Virus record (IMG/VR): IMGVR_UViG_3300005611_000056
Span: 1-44,724 of that record
DNA from: a virus
Lineage: Duplodnaviria > Caudoviricetes
Length of the DNA stretch: 44,724 nucleotides
Strand: one strand, 5' to 3'
The position numbers were made by a program, and so were the translations under genes. The notes beneath the pieces are model-generated. The model made no database searches. It was not told the DNA's origin and saw nothing but the letters and a program-made list of their open reading frames with translations. Below are positions 7,494 through 15,978 of this stretch, one piece after another. How positions within the stretch are numbered: the first letter of the stretch is position 1; every line of letters starts with the position of its first letter.

Positions 7494-7502
7494 GAGGCAA
7501 CT

Positions 7503-7835
7503 ATGGAAGAGAAGAAAACAAAGAAGATGAAGCTCACTCCAGAAGAACTGGAGTATATATTGCTTCAAGTAACCCGCTATGGGGCATTCATGCACTGGAT
7601 TTTCGCAAACAAGAGTGCTCTCAGATCAAAGTTCGGAATAGAAGGAAGTGGCACTGTGAAATTCGACAGAGTTACTGCACCAGCAGTGATCGAGGACTTT
7701 CTTCGGGAAGAAAGCACACTCAGTTTCCTTGGAGCGATGGACAAGTGTCATGACGAGAACTGCATCTGGGATCAAACCCATGCTTTCAATATCCTTGCTA
7801 GTGCTCCTCTTGATAAGTTGAGCAAGGAAGGATGA
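7503..7835 (+). CDS. hypothetical protein
   Basis: GAGGCAACTATG start. Confidence 0.75.
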   Translation: MEEKKTKKMKLTPEELEYILLQVTRYGAFMHWIFANKSALRSKFGIEGSGTVKFDRVTAPAVIEDFLREESTLSFLGAMDKCHDENCIWDQTHAFNILASAPLDKLSKEG

Positions 7836-7859
7836 TGACTATGTGTGTCCAGTATTCTT

Positions 7860-8050
7860 CAGTCTCTAATCCGAAGCGATTAGGCTACGATTGTCTTTTT
7901 AGTAAAGCGATAGGGCTTGAACCAATGACAAAAGTCAGAAAGATGCCCGACACACATAGCGTTACCGTGACCGGCAGTTCAGTGTTCTTGGGCAAGTTGT
8001 ATCATTCAACTGTAGTCTTGCAAGACACCCAATTGTTGGTCACATGTAAC
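7860..8050 (+). ncRNA. candidate structured RNA (long G-U-rich hairpin 7961-8050)
   Basis: GTTAC/GTAAC; GTGACCGGCAGTT (7967-7979) pairs with AATTGTTGGTCAC (8031-8043) using 3 G-U pairs; inner stems GTGTTCTTG/CAAGACAC and AGTTG/CAACT. Confidence 0.5.
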
Positions 8051-8065
8051 ATAATTAAATTTTTA

Positions 8066-8094
8066 TTGCTATCCTGTGTATGCCTCGTTATAAT
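8066..8094 (+). promoter_or_regulatory. promoter TTGCTA-N17-TATAAT
   Basis: Near-consensus sigma70 with AT-rich UP region. Confidence 0.75.
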
Positions 8095-8145
8095 AAATAA
8101 TGTGGGAAAGAACCCACGAAACACCACTTGCCAACAAGAGGTCAT

Positions 8146-8673
8146 ATGGCGAAACCACTAGAAAAGAGAGATGCCCCTTGGTTGAAGAAACGACCCAGAG
8201 GTGCAAGTCTCGCAGTTGTTCCCAAGGTGGAAGCGGCTCCAGTGGAAGTCCCCACTACGTTGCCAGATCCCCCTGCGGAAATTAGGGTAGAGATGCCCTT
8301 ACAGGAAGCGGTAGAGGTTGTTAGCCCTGCTATCATCCCCAAGCCCGCTAAACCCAAAACAACAAGGGTAAGACCAGGCCGAAGGCCGGACTATACCCAT
8401 GCTCTCATTGGGTTGAATATCGGGGATCGTCTCATCTTTCACAAAAGTCCTTCCATTGAGGCCACTGTTGCCGATGATAAGAATGGAATGGAACTGAACG
8501 GCACAACCTACAACGGAATCGACTACGCTGCACAGGAAGCCTACAAAATCGCTGGGATTCAACCACCGAAGAAGGTCAACGGACTTGCAGATTGGAGGGA
8601 TTCCACAGGTGTCCGTCTCAGGGAGTTGTACCACCAAGTTCCTCCGTTGCCTCCCACGATAACGGTATCATGA
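8146..8673 (+). CDS. Pro-rich linker plus RAMA-like DNA-binding domain protein
   Basis: RRPDYTHALIGLNIGDRLIF...ATVADD...NGTTY...NGLADWRD...LRELY; GAGGTCATATG start. Confidence 0.6.
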   Translation: MAKPLEKRDAPWLKKRPRGASLAVVPKVEAAPVEVPTTLPDPPAEIRVEMPLQEAVEVVSPAIIPKPAKPKTTRVRPGRRPDYTHALIGLNIGDRLIFHKSPSIEATVADDKNGMELNGTTYNGIDYAAQEAYKIAGIQPPKKVNGLADWRDSTGVRLRELYHQVPPLPPTITVS

Positions 8674-8921
8674 CGAGATACGGACGAATTCTCTTTGTGC
8701 TCGTTGTTTCTGACAACAAGGGCATTACGAACCTGTTAATTCTGAGTTCAGAAGAACAGGCAACAAACGCTGCACTCTTAATGATAAGAGAAAAAGCGGC
8801 TTACTGGGGATTGTCCCCATCCATTGCCGATGAACCGCATGTTGTGGAGCGTTGGCACCAACTAACTGGAGGAAAGGAGAAAATCCAAATCTTTCAGTCA
8901 CCTACCAATGAAGAGGAATAA
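8670..8921 (+). CDS. hypothetical protein
   Basis: ATGA coupling upstream and TAATG coupling downstream. Confidence 0.65.
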   Translation: MTRYGRILFVLVVSDNKGITNLLILSSEEQATNAALLMIREKAAYWGLSPSIADEPHVVERWHQLTGGKEKIQIFQSPTNEEE

Positions 8922-9763
8922 TGACCAAGAATACTATCTCTATCCCTGTGATCGATCCAAACTTCGTACTGGAAGCGTCACGCAAGAAACTTCTCAATGC
9001 AATCCTGAACATCCCACAAGGGAGCCTCAAGAATATCTTGCTCGTTGGCCCTACGGGTTGTGGTAAGACGGACTTGGCCTGTTGGGTTGCCGCCAATAAC
9101 AACCGACCTTTCTACACGGCAATCGTGGGACAGTGCATCGAACCACTGGACTTGCTTGGTTCCAAGGGTGTTGCAGATGGGGCAACCTTCTTCAAGGAGA
9201 GTCGGTTTGTGGAGGCCATTGAGACCGATAACGCTGTTATCTGTTTAGATGAGATCAACCGCTGCACACCAAACATTCTCAACTTGCTCATCCCATTACT
9301 TGACCATCGTGGTGAGGTTTATGTGGAAGAGCTTAGTAGGACTGTGAAGGTTGCAGAGGGTGTGTGCTTCATTGCTACTGCAAACATCGGGTCACAGTTC
9401 ACAGGTACTTATCGTTTCGATGAGGCCATTGTGAGCCGTTTCACCTACCGCTTTGAGGTGACTTTTCTTGAGGAGGACGATGAGGCCCGTATGCTTGCAA
9501 AACGCTGTGGTATCAGCGATGAGGACTCCACGTTGCTTGCTAGGGTTGCAAGTACCCTTCGTGCCAAAACCCACGGGTTTGGTGGGACTCTCTCAAGACT
9601 GGTTTCTACTCGACAACTCATTGCTACGGCATCACTGATGAACACAGGGATTTCCATTGTGGAGGCTCTGGATGCGACAGTGGTTCCTTCCTTTGATGCC
9701 GAGGGTGGGACAGACAGCGAGAGGGCACAAGTCCTTCAATCCATTCAATTGATATGTGGGTAA
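8921..9763 (+). CDS. MoxR-family AAA+ ATPase (CobS/NorQ/CbbQ-like)
   Basis: Walker A GPTGCGKT, Walker B ICLDEINR, FIATAN sensor I, DEAIVSRF Arg finger, STR sensor II. Confidence 0.92.
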   Translation: MTKNTISIPVIDPNFVLEASRKKLLNAILNIPQGSLKNILLVGPTGCGKTDLACWVAANNNRPFYTAIVGQCIEPLDLLGSKGVADGATFFKESRFVEAIETDNAVICLDEINRCTPNILNLLIPLLDHRGEVYVEELSRTVKVAEGVCFIATANIGSQFTGTYRFDEAIVSRFTYRFEVTFLEEDDEARMLAKRCGISDEDSTLLARVASTLRAKTHGFGGTLSRLVSTRQLIATASLMNTGISIVEALDATVVPSFDAEGGTDSERAQVLQSIQLICG

Positions 9764-9829
9764 GCCCGCTATCATCCCTTTGCCCAACCACTCGTTGGGC
9801 ATTCTTCCTCATTCTTTCTCAGGAGAGAG

Positions 9830-12100
9830 ATGACTACGAAAAAACCAAAGTATGTCCCAGGGCAAACGATTCATCGGAATGAACCGACAGGCTCTGTATG
9901 GGACGACTTCAGTTCAGATATTTATGATGACGATATGTACAACCATGACGGGACTTTGAAACAAGGTTCCCTGTTTGATGACTCCTACGATTACGAAAAG
10001 AACTACGCCAGAGGTGGAGCCGCTTCTTCTTGGTGGCGTGGTAAGTTCAGCACCAGTTACGATTACAAACCTTCTTACCTTGATGCCGACAACCAAATGG
10101 CGATGTTGAACCATCGGCTCAGTAAGGAACTCAAGGAAATATCTCGTACCGTCAATGCTGTGCGGAATACCTTGGGTGCCAAAAATCGTGAGAAGAATCT
10201 GAAGGTTGCCTGGAGTGGGACGCAATTCGGTAGAAGTTATCGAAAGAGTGCCAACAACAGTACCAATCACCCAACGATTTATCTCTCACCCGATCCCTTG
10301 ACGGACAAGGACAGGATAAAGCCTGATTGGACAGAGGATCAGAAACGTGACGCACTTATCGGAGAGGCTCTAACGCTTACTTCGATGAAACGGACAGTGC
10401 AACCCGTCAATGTGAAAAAGATCCAAGAAGTTGCCGTGGACGATGAGGTTATCCGAGACCTTCCGCTGATGGAACGCAGTGACCAGGAGAAAGCGAAACT
10501 CCGAACCATTGCCAGAGAAATGTGGAAGTCCTTGGAAACCTACAAAGCCCAGGGAGAACTGTTGCAGGACTATCGTGGGTGCCGACCTTACTTTGCGGCA
10601 TACTTGGCCTTCTACAGCGACAAGGGCTACAAGGAGAAACTGGAGGAGGAACTCAATGGTGATCAGATGAACAGTATCAAGGCCGCAGCAGTCCTTGCTT
10701 GGAATCTGAACCATATGAATGTTCCTGCTGAACAGTTGTTGCCTCCCGAAGGGGATGTTGAGGACGTGATGCTTGAAGCGTTTGAGATAATTATGGATGC
10801 CGTAAATTATCGCTCTACCTTCCAACGCTGGGAGGCATCAGTTCAGGCCGCAGAGGTTCTTAGGCAACTGGATAAGGACGATGAGGAGGACATTGACCCC
10901 GAAAAGAAAGGTGAGGAGATAGGTGACGATTTGAAGGAATTCCTAATGGAACCAAGCAATGGGAACACCAACAACCTCTTTGGGGATGAGATCGAAAATC
11001 AGTCCGGTGCAACAGGCAAGGAAGAGGTCGAACAAGATGAAAGTATGGATTTGCAGGATGCCGAGAAAGCGTTCTCGGATTGCAGCACCCATACCGAATT
11101 CATCGAAATTACCAAGGAGTACTTGCTTGATGCAGAAAAATCCGTAGGCCACTACTACATGCATGCCGACTTGAATCCTCGCAGACACTTGAGCTATGAG
11201 GAACACAAACTTGTCGATGATAATGTGCTTGCTATTCCAGATAAGGATTGCCGTGAATGGGATGTCGTAATCCCTTGGGTACTTGCTCACTATCGTGAGA
11301 AGAACAAGCGGATGCTCAGAATCCTCAAGGATCAGTTGGAGCCAAATGCAAGGAGTATGGTGTTACCTGAGTATGGTATGCGATCCGGTAGGGTCACAGG
11401 TAATTCACTCTGGAAGGTTCCTACAAACTTGCCGGATAGCGACAGGGTATTCCACCGCAAGGTCTCGCAAGGAGATAGCAAGGAAGTAACCCTAGCAATG
11501 TTGATCGACTTTTCTGGTTCAATGGCTGGTGCTTCCTTACAGACAACCAAACGAATTGCACTACTTCTTCATGACCTTCTTCTCTCCTTCCCACAGGTAA
11601 GGCTAGAGTTGTATGGACACGAAGTATGTCATCAAAACACAGTCATGAAATTCGCATCCATTGAGGAGTTGTTCGCAAAGCCTGCTGGAGGTGGAACCAA
11701 CGAAGGTACTGCACTTGCTCGTACTGGGTTGGAGTTCTTGAAGTCATCGTTCCGCAAGGATCGTAAACTGTTGCTTGTTGTCGGGGATGGTTGTTCCGGC
11801 TATGCAGAAATTGAGAAAGCGGTAACGATTATGAGCCGAACAGGGATTGAGTTGTACGACATCCTTATTGACGGAGACATGAAAACGGCAACGCAACTGT
11901 ACGGACGAGGTAAGGTGGTCGGCATCTATTCTTACCTTGAAGGGTACGGAACTTCACAGGAAATGACCAATATGTTGAAAAGTGCAGGATACACAAAAGA
12001 GACCCCACAGGAGGTAATCCTTGAGGCTCAATTCCTTTCAATCCTCCGGCCTTGGTTGACCAAGGTTCTTCAACAGTTGCACGATATGGGCAGCATCTGA
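9830..12100 (+). CDS. vWA-domain protein (CobT/NorD-like partner of the AAA+ ATPase)
   Basis: MIDAS DFSGS...GGGT...VGDG; SGRV motif before the vWA; acidic linker. Confidence 0.88.
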   Translation: MTTKKPKYVPGQTIHRNEPTGSVWDDFSSDIYDDDMYNHDGTLKQGSLFDDSYDYEKNYARGGAASSWWRGKFSTSYDYKPSYLDADNQMAMLNHRLSKELKEISRTVNAVRNTLGAKNREKNLKVAWSGTQFGRSYRKSANNSTNHPTIYLSPDPLTDKDRIKPDWTEDQKRDALIGEALTLTSMKRTVQPVNVKKIQEVAVDDEVIRDLPLMERSDQEKAKLRTIAREMWKSLETYKAQGELLQDYRGCRPYFAAYLAFYSDKGYKEKLEEELNGDQMNSIKAAAVLAWNLNHMNVPAEQLLPPEGDVEDVMLEAFEIIMDAVNYRSTFQRWEASVQAAEVLRQLDKDDEEDIDPEKKGEEIGDDLKEFLMEPSNGNTNNLFGDEIENQSGATGKEEVEQDESMDLQDAEKAFSDCSTHTEFIEITKEYLLDAEKSVGHYYMHADLNPRRHLSYEEHKLVDDNVLAIPDKDCREWDVVIPWVLAHYREKNKRMLRILKDQLEPNARSMVLPEYGMRSGRVTGNSLWKVPTNLPDSDRVFHRKVSQGDSKEVTLAMLIDFSGSMAGASLQTTKRIALLLHDLLLSFPQVRLELYGHEVCHQNTVMKFASIEELFAKPAGGGTNEGTALARTGLEFLKSSFRKDRKLLLVVGDGCSGYAEIEKAVTIMSRTGIELYDILIDGDMKTATQLYGRGKVVGIYSYLEGYGTSQEMTNMLKSAGYTKETPQEVILEAQFLSILRPWLTKVLQQLHDMGSI

Positions 12101-12153
12101 GGATTGTTTCTCGCACCCTACGGGGTGCTTAACTTATCTCTATAGGAGAACAA

Positions 12154-12444
12154 ATGTCTGAGGCAACTACCGCTATCCCCGTAACCGAACAATTCTGGCA
12201 AGAGTTATCTTGGTTCATGGGAAAGGAGTTCATCACAACCAGTGACCTTACCAAAGCAGGAATCAGTTATGGCACTGCACGGAAAATTGTGAACGGAGAG
12301 CAACAGTCCAAAATCTGCAAAGAGTCTCATATGAGGATCTTCAAGAAGATTCTCCAAGACCCAGAAAAGTTCCGTCAAGGCCGACCAACCCACGCTGTGC
12401 AGTCATTGGAAGATTTGATGGCGATGAGCATGGGAGATGAATGA
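12154..12444 (+). CDS. Cro/CI-type HTH protein
   Basis: ITTSDLTKAGISYGTARKIVNG HTH pattern. Confidence 0.65.
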   Translation: MSEATTAIPVTEQFWQELSWFMGKEFITTSDLTKAGISYGTARKIVNGEQQSKICKESHMRIFKKILQDPEKFRQGRPTHAVQSLEDLMAMSMGDE

Positions 12445-12499
12445 AACATACAAGTGCTTTGCCTTACTATCATTCTTGCCCATACACCATTGAGGTCAT

Positions 12500-12781
12500 A
12501 TGAAAACTACGGAAGACACGGAGAAGACGGTTCAGATGGAAGTCACGAAGGTTGGGGACAAGGTTCTTGATTTCTGTGCCGTTGTTATTTCCCATGTTCC
12601 ATCAGAAGATGACGATTCTGAAGAGGACGCAGTAGGCTTATTTACTGTTTCCTTGTTTGGAGGGCTACCGGATAAGGAAGAATATGACGAGGAGAAACCT
12701 CCTGTGTCAGAAGTCCTTGCCCGTGCAGCCATCAGTGAACTACTCAAGAAACTTGAGGCCAAGCCTGAAGGTAATGAGTAA
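12500..12781 (+). CDS. acidic hypothetical protein
   Basis: GAGGTCATATG start. Confidence 0.7.
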   Translation: MKTTEDTEKTVQMEVTKVGDKVLDFCAVVISHVPSEDDDSEEDAVGLFTVSLFGGLPDKEEYDEEKPPVSEVLARAAISELLKKLEAKPEGNE

Positions 12782-12796
12782 TTTCTGACAACAGAT

Positions 12797-12818
12797 GCCT
12801 CTCTTCGGAGAGGCTTTT
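12797..12818 (+). terminator. intrinsic terminator GCCTCTC-TTCG-GAGAGGC-TTTT
   Basis: Perfect 7-bp stem, UUCG loop, U tract after a stop. Confidence 0.8.
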
Positions 12819-12831
12819 GCATGGAGTTTCT

Positions 12832-13005
12832 ATGGGGTCATACACCAATGTAGGTTTTTCAGGAAAGGATATTCCTAGACTGAAGGAATGTATCAAGCAA
12901 GCGGAGAAGGAAGAGAAACAAGATTTCAAATACCGTGACCTTGATTTTGACGTTCAATATGCCAAGTACCTTGTTGAGTATTTGGAAACTAGACTATCTA
13001 ACTAA
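12832..13005 (+). CDS. small phage hypothetical protein (YAKYLVEYL motif)
   Basis: GGAG SD before ATG 12832. Confidence 0.65.
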   Translation: MGSYTNVGFSGKDIPRLKECIKQAEKEEKQDFKYRDLDFDVQYAKYLVEYLETRLSN

Positions 13006-13017
13006 CTAAGAGGCAAT

Positions 13018-13584
13018 ATGGGAAACCCAGTTTTACTTAAAAAGAATCGAGTCAATGTTACTTCCAGATTTGTTAGAGACATGATCTCTATCAGAGAGAG
13101 TAAGGGAATTAGTCAAAGTAGACTGTCCAAACTCACAGGTGTTCAACAAGGCTCTCTTTCTGCATTGGAAAATGGAAAAATAAAATCATTGACCAAAATT
13201 GGATACCTCTCCATCATGAATGCCCTTGGAATGAAAGATCCAGGCAAAGAAAGTCCAATAGTCTCGACCATCAAAAGAAGGTTGAATGAACAGGAGAGTA
13301 AGACCAAAAGTATTTTCAGCAGATTGCAGTCACCCAATAATATATGGGAAGAAGAAAGCAAAATGTTTGAGAGCATAGACCCTGTTCTCAATGAATCAGC
13401 AAAGGAGATCGAATTGAAAGAAGAGAACAAGATGACCAGAGAAGAGTTCCAGAAGGAAATGGAAGGCAAGGATACAGAGGAACTTCTAAGAAGGCTCAAT
13501 AGTTTGCAAACCAAACTGGATGCAATTCAGAGCCTGGTTATTCTGATGATGAGCAACCTTCAAGATATCAAGAAACTGAATTGA
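13018..13584 (+). CDS. XRE-family HTH regulator with C-terminal coiled coil
   Basis: IRESKGISQSRLSKLTGVQQGSLSALENG. Confidence 0.85.
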   Translation: MGNPVLLKKNRVNVTSRFVRDMISIRESKGISQSRLSKLTGVQQGSLSALENGKIKSLTKIGYLSIMNALGMKDPGKESPIVSTIKRRLNEQESKTKSIFSRLQSPNNIWEEESKMFESIDPVLNESAKEIELKEENKMTREEFQKEMEGKDTEELLRRLNSLQTKLDAIQSLVILMMSNLQDIKKLN

Positions 13585-13955
13585 AAGAGACCCAGATACA
13601 AAAGGCCGTGTTGGATTGGCTCCATTACAAAGGATACTTTGCAGTGAGGCTCAATAACATACCTACCCCTACGGCAAGTGGTGGATTTCGTCCTGTTGCA
13701 ATGAAGGGGTTGCCTGATGCGCATGTCGATGTTGTTGTCGAAGGGATGCCGATTAGTGTCTGGGTTGAATTCAAAACAGAGAAGGGGAGACTCTCCCCTC
13801 ATCAAAAATCCGTTATGGAGACCATTGGTCTTTATGGCGGGTTTTACTTTGTGATCCGATCCATTGACGAAATGGAACGGGCCATTGAAACCGTCACCCA
13901 CGATGTTCGTGGGCGATTAACTGCAATGACTATCTCAGGAGAGAGAAATGAGTGA
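13581..13955 (+). CDS. VRR-NUC (PD-(D/E)xK) nuclease / resolvase
   Basis: ETQIQ...GLPD...VEFK...GRLSPHQ...VIRS. Confidence 0.88.
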   Translation: MKETQIQKAVLDWLHYKGYFAVRLNNIPTPTASGGFRPVAMKGLPDAHVDVVVEGMPISVWVEFKTEKGRLSPHQKSVMETIGLYGGFYFVIRSIDEMERAIETVTHDVRGRLTAMTISGERNE

Positions 13956-14145
13956 TCAAAAGAGTAACTTGTGTGAAATCTTTGCCTTGTGGAAGAACAC
14001 AAGCAAGAATGGGGACACCTACTTGAGCGGCACTATGGGGAATTCAAAGATTCTTGTGCTCAAGAATACAAGGAAGGAGGCAGATAACCAACCGGATTAT
14101 CGTGTCTTTGTTGCCCCTAAGGATAATAATTCGGGAAACGACTAA
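13948..14145 (+). CDS. small DUF736-like / phage SSB-like protein
   Basis: ALWKNTSKNGDTYLSG...KN..K..NQPDYRVF. Confidence 0.65.
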   Translation: MSDQKSNLCEIFALWKNTSKNGDTYLSGTMGNSKILVLKNTRKEADNQPDYRVFVAPKDNNSGND

Positions 14146-14286
14146 TTGATAGACGGACTCCCCTTGAAAAGAAAGAGCCTCCCTGGTTACGCAAGAAAGC
14201 AGTCTCTAAAGAACAGCAGGACTATCGCAATGAAGTCACCAATGTTCTCAACGATCAAAAATCCATCCTAAAGTAGCCTACCTTTC

Positions 14287-14318
14287 TGTGGCCCCCATTC
14301 GGGGGCACATTCCTTCTT
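14287..14318. terminator. hairpin between convergent transcription units
   Basis: TGTG-GCCCCC-ATTC-GGGGGC-ACA flanked by T-rich sequence. Confidence 0.65.
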
Positions 14319-14495
14319 CTATCCTACAGAGTCACTGGACTCTCTCTCCTTCTCCCAATCAACAGTTTTCTTCTTTATTCTGATCACCTTCTCTGGTTGA
14401 CACTTCGCACAGCGGTTGAGCTTGTCAAACTGGATTCCCATGTAGCAGTTGGAGCCGATCCAACCACATTTGGAGCATGTTATTAACACCGTCAT
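14319..14495 (-). CDS. small Cys-rich (CxxC...CxxC) zinc-finger-like protein, 58 aa (not in ORF track)
   Basis: MTVLITCSKCGWIGSNCYMGIQFDKLNRCAKCQP...; GAGGCACAATG start. Confidence 0.65.
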   Translation of the reverse strand: MTVLITCSKCGWIGSNCYMGIQFDKLNRCAKCQPEKVIRIKKKTVDWEKERESSDSVG

Positions 14496-14501
14496 TGTGC
14501 C

Positions 14502-14615
14502 TCACATTCTCATAAAAGTAAGAAGGGTAGAGATCAACAACCAACCCCAAAGTCCCAGAAAAGGAAGGCTAATGATGAGAATGAAAAAAGCAAAAACTTG
14601 TGTAATCGACTCCAT
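14502..14615 (-). CDS. 37-aa membrane peptide (not in ORF track)
   Basis: MESITQVFAFFILIISLPFLGLWGWLLISTLLTFMRM; GAGGTCATATG start as in early genes. Confidence 0.6.
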   Translation of the reverse strand: MESITQVFAFFILIISLPFLGLWGWLLISTLLTFMRM

Positions 14616-14705
14616 ATGACCTCTTGAATAATTATTGAAATAAAGGCTCTACCTGAACCTCTAAATATAATTATATCAATGATATTAGCCTATTGGAAGG
14701 ATTAT

Positions 14706-15251
14706 TTATAATCTGGGCACGTTTTGGTTCCATTGAATTGGAGAGTTTCTGGCACTGATCACTTGTGTCTGTCTTACCTTGTAAATCCCTTGAGATGCCC
14801 TCTCCAGAATATTGTTTGTTACGAGTAGGGAGACTGCTTTCTTTACAGAGTTGTAGAAATAATTATGACCACTGGCATATCTCTTTGTCGCCTCCTCATC
14901 CGGCATCTTCAACTCCAACTGAACAAAATCACGGATCGTCTCTATGCTGAACAAGTCGTTCTTGTAGATAGGCAACATCCTCTCCTGAATCAGTTTGGCA
15001 ATAGCCTTTGGGGTTTTCTTGCGATTGTCCGGTCTCTCAATTTGTATTTCTTCCAGAAGCACGTCCTTGGTGTCAAGGAATCGGAGCAACAGGCTCCTGC
15101 AAATTAGGTCATCTCTATTGTGCTCTAAGGCACCTTGACAGAAGTCTCTCATGATGCCAAACATCTCATAGACTGAATCTGGGCTTTGGAGTATGCCAAT
15201 GTGTTGCCTTATGCAGTCAAGGGCATCTTGTTCATTGTGACGGAAAGTCAT
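14706..15251 (-). CDS. protein with C-terminal Mrr_N-like winged-helix domain, no nuclease domain
   Basis: RYASGHNYFYNSVKKAVSLLVTNNILERASQGIYKV resembles Mrr N-terminal wHTH. Confidence 0.55.
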   Translation of the reverse strand: MTFRHNEQDALDCIRQHIGILQSPDSVYEMFGIMRDFCQGALEHNRDDLICRSLLLRFLDTKDVLLEEIQIERPDNRKKTPKAIAKLIQERMLPIYKNDLFSIETIRDFVQLELKMPDEEATKRYASGHNYFYNSVKKAVSLLVTNNILERASQGIYKVRQTQVISARNSPIQWNQNVPRL

Positions 15252-15345
15252 AGTGCCTCTGGTTTTCTCTGAAAAAATGATAGTACGGAAATTGCGTGAC
15301 GGCTCTAGCGATGATAGTCCATAAGGACATACCTACCAGGTGACG

Positions 15346-15978
15346 CTAGATTCCAAATGCTGCAAGGGAGTGCTCAAAACGTCCACAGTCCTTCACAAGC
15401 GACAGCATCTGTTCTGCAATGGAGTGAATTTCTTTCTGTGCATGAGATGAGTTTCTGAGTTTCTGGAAGTGAATGAAGGATCTAAAGTTAAAGGTCATTA
15501 CCCAACGAAGTTGGTGTGCATAGGGAAGAACGTATCGACTCATCTCCTTGGCTCTGGATCTTGGAATCCCATGATCATCCATGTAAATCAGTAATTCGTG
15601 ATATTGCTCATGGAGTTCTCTAATCAGTTCTATCGTCCTCTTTTTTGCATCCTCAGGCCAATCGCTAGGTAAATAGAAAATATCGTCCCTGAGTTCCTTG
15701 TATCGTGCAGATTCTGTGTTAATCGAAACTCCTGCTCTGTGTTTCAGACAATGGATGTGAGACGCAATGTCTCCTTGGACATGGAAAGAAATCATCGAAT
15801 GTTCAAACGGAGTCCCATGTTCATGTTCTGCAAGAAACTTCAGAAGCTGTGGAATTCTGTCCACTTGTTGAGGAGTAATTTCCTTTTGTGTTGAGGCCCA
15901 TGCTGCTCTTGCATGAGAGAGGTCACTTCCTGCAGCTTCCAGAAGGGTTACTGTGTTCTTTTGTGGCTCAGTGTTCAT
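15346..15978 (-). CDS. thyX: FAD-dependent thymidylate synthase
   Basis: HGTPFEH, KHRxxxSINTESARY, EMSRYVLP, NFRSFIHF..LR...HAQKEI. Confidence 0.93.
   Translation of the reverse strand: MNTEPQKNTVTLLEAAGSDLSHARAAWASTQKEITPQQVDRIPQLLKFLAEHEHGTPFEHSMISFHVQGDIASHIHCLKHRAGVSINTESARYKELRDDIFYLPSDWPEDAKKRTIELIRELHEQYHELLIYMDDHGIPRSRAKEMSRYVLPYAHQLRWVMTFNFRSFIHFQKLRNSSHAQKEIHSIAEQMLSLVKDCGRFEHSLAAFGI

Noticed and set aside
7900-7975. tRNA-like GGTTCAAGCCC T-loop on the - strand
   Set aside because: T-stem has a mismatch, and no acceptor stem, D-arm or anticodon arm can be built.
7832-8161. 109-aa ORF
   Set aside because: Crosses a strong promoter and a structured hairpin, with atypical composition; non-coding reading preferred but not proven.
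8921-12100. True cobaltochelatase (cobS/cobT) for cobalamin synthesis
   Set aside because: No cobN or other cob genes; motifs support only a generic MoxR-vWA pair.
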